Assembly (NCBI GenBank): GCA_001774945.1
Contig: MFBL01000043.1
Span: forward strand, 2,782-66,781
Direction: 5' to 3'
DNA: 64,000 nt
Source of the DNA: Candidatus Curtissbacteria bacterium RIFCSPHIGHO2_12_FULL_41_17
GTDB taxonomy: Bacteria; Patescibacteriota; Microgenomatia; Curtissbacterales; GWA2-41-24
Part shown: positions 57,506-64,000 of the stretch, one piece after another
Numbering within the stretch: position 1 is the first letter of the stretch
Layout: the number at the start of each line of letters is the position of its first letter
The notes under the pieces: model-generated
Database searches by the model: none
Seen by the model: the letters and a program-made list of their open reading frames with translations, nothing else
What the model was told of the DNA's origin: nothing
Program-made: the position numbers and the translations under genes

Positions 57506-58274
57506 TTTTTGAACCCTTTACGTCATCTAAATAATGACTAATAACCGTTTTTGTTTCTCCTTGCATTTTTATCTTGCCACCATCCAGATAAATTGCTTTG
57601 GAACAGATAAGTTTTACCGCATCCATGTTGTGGGAAACAAACACAATTGTTTTCCCGCTTTTTACAAATCTTTTCATTTTATCGAGGCATTTCTTTTGGA
57701 AATTTTGATCACCGACTGCTAGAACTTCATCTATTAAAAGTATTTCCGGATCCATGAAAGACACAACCGAAAAGCCAATTCTAGCATACATGCCAGAAGA
57801 ATAACGTTTTATAGGAGTGTCGATAAATTTCTCGATGCCGGAAAATTTTACGATGTCGGCATATTTTCCTTTAATCTCTTGTTTTTTCATTCCTAAAATT
57901 GCTCCATAAAGAAAAATATTCTCTTTGCCGCTTAACTCGGGGTGAAGACCGGCCCCAAGCTCAATAAAAGCCCCGACTTTTCCATTTACTGTTATCTGGC
58001 CGCTTTTGGGATAGGTAATTTTAGAAATAAGTTTCAGAATGGTGCTTTTTCCGGACCCGTTTCTGCCGATTATCCCCAGACACTCTCCCTCATGTACAGT
58101 AAAGCTTAGATCATTTATTGCCAATAGAGTTTCTCTCTGAAGGGTTTTGTGTCTATTTTTGCCAATTAATTTTCCTAAAAAAATCCCAAAATCATCCGAA
58201 AAGCGTCCATATTTCATTCTTGAGATTAAATAACTTTTTGTAACATTTTGAAACTTTATGGCTATGTTGTCCAT
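57492..58274 (-). CDS. ABC transporter ATP-binding protein (Wzt/TagH-like polysaccharide export).
   Basis: Walker A GRNGSGKST, the LSGG-like signature SSGMYARIGF, and Walker B LLIDEV. Confidence 0.75.
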   Translation of the reverse strand: MDNIAIKFQNVTKSYLISRMKYGRFSDDFGIFLGKLIGKNRHKTLQRETLLAINDLSFTVHEGECLGIIGRNGSGKSTILKLISKITYPKSGQITVNGKVGAFIELGAGLHPELSGKENIFLYGAILGMKKQEIKGKYADIVKFSGIEKFIDTPIKRYSSGMYARIGFSVVSFMDPEILLIDEVLAVGDQNFQKKCLDKMKRFVKSGKTIVFVSHNMDAVKLICSKAIYLDGGKIKMQGETKTVISHYLDDVKGSKNESQ

Positions 58275-58300
58275 TTATTCGAAAAGTAAATTTTTCTTTT

Positions 58301-59083
58301 TTAAATAACGTCGGCAAAAACTTTTTCCTTAATCTTAAAAAATTTGTATCCAAAGATAAAAAGTATTAAAGATATTCCAAGCGCTATTGCAAAATCATTC
58401 CAATTTGGAGCCAAGCCTCCAACCGTTACTTTCCTGAAATTTTCTACTACCGAAGACATTGGATTTAACATATAAAATGGCCTAAATTTTTCGGGTACTT
58501 TAGAAAGAGGGTAAATCACCGGCGTAACAAAGATCCACAGTTGTATCAAAAGAGGAATTACAAATTTAATATCTCGCCACATTACATTAAGTGCAGAGGT
58601 AAATAGAATTAGCCCAGCGATAAAGATTGTTTCCAAAAATACAATGGGAATTGTGTAAACTACATTTATAGTGAGTGGGACATTGTAAATAACAAGCATC
58701 ACTATAAAAATTAATGCACTAATTAAAAAATCCATAAAACCTGCAATTATAGATGCAAACGGAAGAATTTCTCTTGGGAAATAAATTTTAGTCACCAAAT
58801 TCCCGTTATTTATAACTGCCAAAGACCCGAAAGAAAGACTAGTGGCAAAAAAGGTCCATGGCATTAAAGCACTGTAATAAAAAAGAGGGTAAGGGACCCC
58901 TTCGGAATTAATTTTTAAGAAGAAGCCGAATATCAAGGTGAACATTATCATTAGAGAAAGAGGCTGAATCACTGCCCATGAAGCCCCAAGAAGTGTTTGC
59001 TTGTACCTCACCTTTATCTCTCTATTCGTAAAAGCAAAGAGCAGTTCTCGAAACTTTATCAATTCTTTTAAATGGATAAACAT
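58301..59083 (-). CDS. ABC-2-type transporter permease (Wzm/TagG-like).
   Basis: A six-TM 260-aa protein located immediately upstream of the ATPase. Confidence 0.65.
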   Translation of the reverse strand: MFIHLKELIKFRELLFAFTNREIKVRYKQTLLGASWAVIQPLSLMIMFTLIFGFFLKINSEGVPYPLFYYSALMPWTFFATSLSFGSLAVINNGNLVTKIYFPREILPFASIIAGFMDFLISALIFIVMLVIYNVPLTINVVYTIPIVFLETIFIAGLILFTSALNVMWRDIKFVIPLLIQLWIFVTPVIYPLSKVPEKFRPFYMLNPMSSVVENFRKVTVGGLAPNWNDFAIALGISLILFIFGYKFFKIKEKVFADVI

Positions 59084-59086
59084 TTT

Positions 59087-60034
59087 TTAATTTTGACTAA
59101 GCCATTCAATATACTTGGCAAGTCCCTGCGGTAGTTCTGTTCTTGATTCCCACCCAAGGAGTTTTTTTGCTTTTACTATATTTGCCCAGGTAACTTCAAC
59201 ATCACCGGCTTGTTTGGGCAACATTTTAATTTTGGCCTTTTTGCCAGTCGCTGTCTCCAGCGTTTTGATGAAATCGGCCAAAGTTATCGGATGGCTATTG
59301 CCAAGGTTAATGATTTCAAAATCGAAGGCTACGTCTAAGGCTCTCAGAATGCCATCGACAATGTCGTCAATATAGGTGTAATCGCGACTTGTTAATCCAT
59401 TACCGAATTGACCAATTTCTTTTCCCTTCAATATAGCTTTAGTGAAGAGCGCTGGTGCCATATCAGGCCTGCCACGAGGACCATAAACGGTAAAGAGTCT
59501 CAAGATGGTTGCCTTAAGACCAAAATTACGGTGAAATGTTTCTACAAAAAATTCGGCTGCTCTTTTGGATGCGCCATATGGGGAGATAATGGCACCACAT
59601 GGATCATCTTCAGAAAATGGCAATCTTTTGGAGTTGCCATAAACGGACGAAGAAGAGCCATATATAAATTGACCAACCCCTGCATTACTTGCGATTTTTA
59701 AAAGATTGACTGTCCCCAAAACGTTTACCTCGGCATAAAGTAATGGATCAGCAATAGAAGCTCGAACACCTGCTCTTGCCGCCAGATGGATAACTTTTTC
59801 CGGTCTTTCTTGGGCAAAAATCTCACCAAGCCTCGAAAGATCAAGGATGTCCATTCGATACAGCCTGAACTTTTTGTAAGACATGGCGGATTGAATATTT
59901 TTTTCTTTAACAGCCGGATTGTAATAATCGTTAAAATTGTCAATGCCTATCACCTCATATCCCTCACCAAGTAATCTCTCAGTCAGATTTGAACCAACGA
60001 ACCCCGCACATCCAGTAACAAGTATTTTTTTCAT
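59087..60034 (-). CDS. NAD-dependent epimerase, UDP-glucuronate 4-epimerase-like.
   Basis: Carries ILVTGCAGFVGSNL and IDNFNDYYNPAVKEKN (compare DNxNDYYD of Cap1J/Gla) and YGASK. Confidence 0.6.
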   Translation of the reverse strand: MKKILVTGCAGFVGSNLTERLLGEGYEVIGIDNFNDYYNPAVKEKNIQSAMSYKKFRLYRMDILDLSRLGEIFAQERPEKVIHLAARAGVRASIADPLLYAEVNVLGTVNLLKIASNAGVGQFIYGSSSSVYGNSKRLPFSEDDPCGAIISPYGASKRAAEFFVETFHRNFGLKATILRLFTVYGPRGRPDMAPALFTKAILKGKEIGQFGNGLTSRDYTYIDDIVDGILRALDVAFDFEIINLGNSHPITLADFIKTLETATGKKAKIKMLPKQAGDVEVTWANIVKAKKLLGWESRTELPQGLAKYIEWLSQN

Positions 60035-61272
60035 TCTGACGTTTTTAATTTAAAATAGCCTGCATTCAATAAATAATTGTATATAATTTCCGCGGCAAGT
60101 TCATGCCCTGTTTTATTCCAGTGATAGTCCTGACTAAAATACAACGGGAATTTACCACTTTGTTTAAATCCCGGTAATAAATTAATCGTTGGTATATCAT
60201 GCGAATTTAATCTTTCAGTCAATTCATACTCAAAAGGTTCTCGTGTGTCCGAAAAGTTTTCATCAACGCTTATTAACGTTCTGCCAGGCCATTCTTTAGA
60301 TGAAACCTGAATCGCATCCGGTATTGCTATAACAACAAATGGAATATTTTTTTCTTCAAGTAATTTTTTCATATTAACTAAATTAGTAATTGGTATTTTC
60401 CACAGCTTCTGCCAGTCGTCCTCACTAATGTCATCTCCTCTTATTATTGAGTAAATATCATGATCTATATCTCCGGTAAGGGATTGGTTCTCTTTTTCAT
60501 CTCTTACTGTATTTTTTATAAAATTTATCGTGAATTTATAAATTCTTATATTTTCTCGAAGCCACTTTTTGATAAGATAAACCGTTTTGCTTTTTTCGAT
60601 TTCTTGATTCTTTTCAATAGCGGCAGACTTATTTATTTTTTCAAAATCAAATTCTACTTGACCACTTTCAATCTTTGCTAATATGGCATCCTCACCAAGA
60701 TCAGGGTAGCTAAAGATTAATTCTTCGAATCTTTTGTTGTCATCGAAAAAGTCTGTAATGGTAAACGCATACATCATGAGATCTGGATTAAATAATAACC
60801 CTACTTTTTTTAAATATAAATATTGAGTTAACGGAGAATGTCCAAAAATTGCCAGGTTAATAATATTAATATTTACGTTTGGGTTATTTTCATTAAATCT
60901 CTTTTCGATAATAGTTGAATATCTGTCTTCAAGCTCTACTCCATGTCCTTGAGTAAAAGAATCACCGAGCAAAACTAATCTGTATTCATCATCTGGTTTG
61001 TAAAAACTTAAGTCCTCATCCCTAATGCCTAAATTATTGATGGAGAATTCTACATCCCATTCGTCTGAAATTTGTCTGCAGACCGTATTCGGAATCATTA
61101 CGTTATGAAAATATTTATCCAAGCTTGAGCATTGTCCGCCGTCGCTAGATTTATCTTCAGTAATTCTAAGATACACATCGACTGTTAAAATCGAGAAGAA
61201 TAATCCAAAAATAAATAAAACCAATTGAAATCGATACTTTTTTAAAACTTTCAAAATTTTATTGAGAAGCAC
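60031..61272 (-). CDS. SGNH/GDSL-hydrolase-domain protein with an N-terminal TM anchor (candidate polysaccharide O-acetyl transferase or esterase).
   Basis: Has an N-terminal hydrophobic helix. LLGDSFTQGHG gives the GDS(L) block. An HW motif near the C-terminus (DYHWNKTGHE) is consistent with an SGNH catalytic His. Confidence 0.45.
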   Translation of the reverse strand: MLLNKILKVLKKYRFQLVLFIFGLFFSILTVDVYLRITEDKSSDGGQCSSLDKYFHNVMIPNTVCRQISDEWDVEFSINNLGIRDEDLSFYKPDDEYRLVLLGDSFTQGHGVELEDRYSTIIEKRFNENNPNVNINIINLAIFGHSPLTQYLYLKKVGLLFNPDLMMYAFTITDFFDDNKRFEELIFSYPDLGEDAILAKIESGQVEFDFEKINKSAAIEKNQEIEKSKTVYLIKKWLRENIRIYKFTINFIKNTVRDEKENQSLTGDIDHDIYSIIRGDDISEDDWQKLWKIPITNLVNMKKLLEEKNIPFVVIAIPDAIQVSSKEWPGRTLISVDENFSDTREPFEYELTERLNSHDIPTINLLPGFKQSGKFPLYFSQDYHWNKTGHELAAEIIYNYLLNAGYFKLKTSE

Positions 61273-61276
61273 AATA

Positions 61277-62236
61277 CTATAAATAGTCTTTGAAATATTT
61301 AATCGTTACTTTAAGTCCTTCTTCAAGTGAGATTTTAGGTTCCCAATTTAAATTCTTTTTTGCTTTGCTGATATCAGGTCTGCGCTGGTGGGGATCATCT
61401 ATAGGTAGATCTTGAAAAACTATTTTACTTTTGCTGTTGGTGAGTCTCTTTATGAGTTTAGCGAATTCTAAGATTGTTCTTTCATCGTCATTTCCGATAT
61501 TAAATATCTCGCCGGGTCCTCCTTTTCTCATTGCTAGGATTTGTCCTTCGACTTGGTCGTCAACATAACAAAATGATCTTGTCTGTTTCCCGTTACCGTA
61601 GATTGTGATTGGCTTATTCGAAAGAGCCTGCTTTATAAAATTGACTACAGCTCTTCCTTCGGCAATATTCATTCTTGGTCCATATGTATTAAAAATTCTG
61701 GTGATTATGGCATTAAGACCTTTCTCTCTGACAAATGTTGAAACAATCGTCTCGCCAAATCTTTTTGCCTCGTCATAAACAGATCTTGGGCCTGTGGGGG
61801 AAACATTACCTCGATATCCTTCTGACTGAGGCGAAACTTGTGGATCGCCATAGACTTCGGAAGTTGAAGCAAAAGAAAGTTTGGCTTTATGTTTAAGTGC
61901 CAGCTCACACATGTTCCATGTGCCGATTGTATTAACCTGCATAGTTTCAAATGGATGGTTTAGGTAGGAGAAAGAAGAGTTCTTGTTTGGATCCGCAGGA
62001 GAAGCCAGATGGTAAATTTCGTCAATTTTTCGGAATTTATTGCTTTTGAAAGGTTTTACGACGTCATGATTGAAAAAGAAAAAAGTTTTTCTTCCCAGTA
62101 AATGTGCAATATTTTTTTGCGAACCGGTTATAAGATTATCTAGACAGATGACGGTATCACCACGATTGACCAGTTTCTCACACAGGTGTGATCCGATGAA
62201 ACCAGCGCCACCAGTAACTAGAATTGTCTTTGTCAT
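61277..62236 (-). CDS. UDP-glucuronate decarboxylase / UDP-xylose synthase-like SDR, second paralog.
   Basis: Carries ILVTGGAGFIGSHL, YDEAK and GNGKQTRSFCYVDDQVEG. Confidence 0.7.
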   Translation of the reverse strand: MTKTILVTGGAGFIGSHLCEKLVNRGDTVICLDNLITGSQKNIAHLLGRKTFFFFNHDVVKPFKSNKFRKIDEIYHLASPADPNKNSSFSYLNHPFETMQVNTIGTWNMCELALKHKAKLSFASTSEVYGDPQVSPQSEGYRGNVSPTGPRSVYDEAKRFGETIVSTFVREKGLNAIITRIFNTYGPRMNIAEGRAVVNFIKQALSNKPITIYGNGKQTRSFCYVDDQVEGQILAMRKGGPGEIFNIGNDDERTILEFAKLIKRLTNSKSKIVFQDLPIDDPHQRRPDISKAKKNLNWEPKISLEEGLKVTIKYFKDYL

Positions 62237-62297
62237 ACCTTTTACGTTTACCCGAGGTTTTTAACCCGTGGTACTCGTGATACTTTGATACCCCCAA

Positions 62298-63431
62298 TCA
62301 TAAAATTTTCTCTAGTGCTGCTACCATATAATCTATTTCTGACCTTTTAAGTTTAGGATACATCGGCAATCTGATCAAAGTCGCAGCCACATCCTCCGTT
62401 ACGGGCAGATCTCTTATTTTATAACCCAGTTTTCTGCCCATCGGGGAAGTATGAAGAGGCAGATAATGAAAAGAGGCCTCGATTCCATAAGTTCGCAAAC
62501 CCGCAATTACTCGATCTCTTAATAGTCTCGGTACTCTAATCGCAAAAATGTGCCAGTTAGGTTCAGTTTCCTCGGTAATTTGCGGCAGAATCAATTTCGA
62601 GGAAAGTTTTTTTAACTTTTTTATTAAGTAATCAGCATTCTTCTCTCTGAGTCTGGTTATTTCCGCCAGCTTCTTTACCTGCTCCAGCGCTATTGCTGAG
62701 AGAATATCAGAAAGTATTAGACTTCTTCCGACCGAAACCCAGGAATACTTTTTTCTTTCACCTCGGATAAAAGAAGACCGATTTGTTCCCTTTTCACGAA
62801 TTATTTCGGCGCGCTTAAAAATCGCAAGATCCCTAGTTACAAAGGCACCGCCTTCTCCGCTGGCTACATTTTTTGTGCCGTGGAACGAAAAGCATCCCAC
62901 ATCAGATAGCGTCCCTAAGTAGCTACCGTCATATTTACTGCCTAAAGCATGAGCAGCATCCTCGATTACTAAAAGTCCATGATCTCTGGCAATGTTCGAG
63001 ATAGCGTTCATATCGCAAGCCATTCCGGCATAGTGAATAACCATAATTGCTTTGGTTTTTTTAGTGATTTTTTTCTCTATGTCGACAGGATCAATGTTGT
63101 AGCTTGTAATGTCGATATCCGCAAAAACAGGTTTGGCTCCGCAAAGCTTTATTGCATTTGCGCAGGAGGAGAAGGTAAAGCTTGGAAGTATAACCTCGTC
63201 GCCTCGCTTAACAAGACAGGCGCATGCAAGCTCCAGCGCCGCTGTTCCGGAGCCGGTCGGCAAAACATATTTTATGCCAAGATAGCTTGCGAGTTCATCT
63301 GCCAACTGTTCACTATAGGCCAAATCGCCGATGCCTGTTCCTTGGCGCATGGCATCAATAACCGCTTTTTCTTCTTCTTTTCCCCAAAAAGGTTTATGCA
63401 AGGGGATGATGTAATCAGTCATAAATAACAA
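62298..63431 (-). CDS. DegT-family PLP aminotransferase.
   Basis: Carries FSFHGTKNVASGEGG and DEVILPSFTFSSCANAI. Confidence 0.8.
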   Translation of the reverse strand: MLFMTDYIIPLHKPFWGKEEEKAVIDAMRQGTGIGDLAYSEQLADELASYLGIKYVLPTGSGTAALELACACLVKRGDEVILPSFTFSSCANAIKLCGAKPVFADIDITSYNIDPVDIEKKITKKTKAIMVIHYAGMACDMNAISNIARDHGLLVIEDAAHALGSKYDGSYLGTLSDVGCFSFHGTKNVASGEGGAFVTRDLAIFKRAEIIREKGTNRSSFIRGERKKYSWVSVGRSLILSDILSAIALEQVKKLAEITRLREKNADYLIKKLKKLSSKLILPQITEETEPNWHIFAIRVPRLLRDRVIAGLRTYGIEASFHYLPLHTSPMGRKLGYKIRDLPVTEDVAATLIRLPMYPKLKRSEIDYMVAALEKIL

Positions 63432-63480
63432 GGTCTAAATTTCAAATTACAAACAATATCAAAATAACAATCATTAAAAC

Positions 63481-64000
63481 TCAAAACTGTTTAGAATTTA
63501 TAATTTTGGATTTAAGATTTGTTTGGAATTTGCTATTTGTTATTTGTGATTTTAAACGGATCAGGTTTTTGATGTAGTCAATTGTGTCGGGTATGAGTCT
63601 AACTGTGGATTTTTTATCTCTTCTTCGGACAAAAAGTACCGGAATCTCACTAATCGTAAGTCCCATCCAGTATGCTTTGGCGCATATCTCTGTATCCCAG
63701 AACCAATGGTTATCTCTTACCTTGAAAAGCACAGGAAGTATCCTATCTCTCTTGAAAAACTTGTAGCCGGCTTCGGTATCGGATATTGGAATTCTGATCG
63801 ATGCCTTTACCAAAAAAGAATAGATTTTTGAAGCTAAAAACCTTGCAAGTGATTTATAACCGGCCTCAAAATACCTTTTTCCAACAACCATGTCGTAGCC
63901 TTTTTTAATTTCATCTACGAAAATGGGAATATAATTTTCCGAAATTTCCAAATCAACATCCAAATAGCCGCAGATTTCTCCTTTTGCTGCCCTGATTCCA
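63481..64000 (-). CDS. GT2 glycosyltransferase, 3' portion. The N-terminus is presumably encoded beyond the window end.
   Basis: The central-to-C-terminal GT2 region (YDMVVGKRYF...) is present. The ORF starts at the first Met at 63963, and whether the frame stays open past base 64000 was not checked. The C-terminus is low-complexity. Confidence 0.45.
   Translation of the reverse strand, partial: GIRAAKGEICGYLDVDLEISENYIPIFVDEIKKGYDMVVGKRYFEAGYKSLARFLASKIYSFLVKASIRIPISDTEAGYKFFKRDRILPVLFKVRDNHWFWDTEICAKAYWMGLTISEIPVLFVRRRDKKSTVRLIPDTIDYIKNLIRLKSQITNSKFQTNLKSKIINSKQF

Noticed and set aside
63432-63545. A caa/aac-rich low-complexity stretch with short imperfect inverted similarity, around the 3' end of the last GT2 gene.
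   Set aside because: It has no regular repeat-spacer periodicity, so it is not a CRISPR array. It is a simple A/C-rich low-complexity sequence overlapping the gene's C-terminal tail.
1-64000. Searched for mobile-element signatures: transposase DDE motifs, tyrosine-recombinase R..HxxR..Y, terminal inverted repeats, and phage genes.
   Set aside because: None was recognisable in any frame of the ORF track. The only repeated sequences are paralogous genes.

Overview
This AT-rich (~35% GC) 64-kb window is a dense glycan-biosynthesis super-island, and two non-sugar enzyme modules inside it are the best candidates for a previously undescribed system. I could not run BLAST, HMMER or Rfam, so every call rests on by-eye motif recognition.

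The two candidates are these. First, at 17580-20476 a protein fusing a HAD hydrolase domain to a PEP-utilizing enzyme (Enzyme I / pyruvate phosphate dikinase-like His-swivel plus TIM barrel) is translationally coupled to a separate ATP-grasp protein. Second, at 48737-53333 an Ldh_2-family 2-hydroxyacid dehydrogenase, a large acetolactate-synthase-like thiamine pyrophosphate (TPP) enzyme and a HAD phosphatase sit together, a combination suggestive of a pathway to a non-sugar glycan substituent (phosphoryl- or sulfonate-/2-oxoacid-derived); I rate this module less certain than the first, but it scores the same interest, 0.7. Other notable points are a roughly 115-bp GC-rich, hairpin-containing element sitting in-frame inside a membrane-protein ORF (~12312-12433), an unusually large number of GT-C-fold membrane glycosyltransferases, and a GT1-GNAT fusion at the window start.

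About 60 tightly packed genes were called, many with overlapping stop/start codons, and nearly all are glycan-related:
- Six DegT/DnrJ/EryC1-type PLP aminotransferases. One is an E1-type 3-dehydrase with His replacing the PLP lysine and a C-X57-C-X1-C-X7-C [2Fe-2S] motif.
- About ten extended-SDR NAD-dependent sugar epimerases/dehydratases/decarboxylases.
- Several GT2 polyprenyl-phosphate glycosyltransferases (DPM1/ArnC/GtrB-like).
- Up to eight GT-C-fold polytopic membrane glycosyltransferases (PMT/ArnT-like with a DE motif), including three tandem paralogs.
- An apparently complete pseudaminic-acid pathway (PseB, PseC, GNAT, PseG-like, NeuB-family synthase, CMP-sugar synthetase) plus a WbuX-HisH-HisF-WbuX amidotransferase module.
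- A WbpA/WbpB/WbpI-like UDP-ManNAc(3NAc)A module.
- A 3,6-dideoxyhexose module with two RfbF paralogs, a CDP-glucose 4,6-dehydratase-like gene and E1.
- Arn-like parts: formyltransferase, UDP-glucuronate decarboxylases, GT2, ArnT-like transferases.
- A Wzm/Wzt ABC exporter, a GtrA-like protein and an SGNH hydrolase.

No rRNA, tRNA, CRISPR array, transposase or integrase was recognisable. Genes lack obvious Shine-Dalgarno sequences, which is consistent with a CPR/Patescibacteria, Bacteroidota-like or archaeal host, though none of those can be confirmed.
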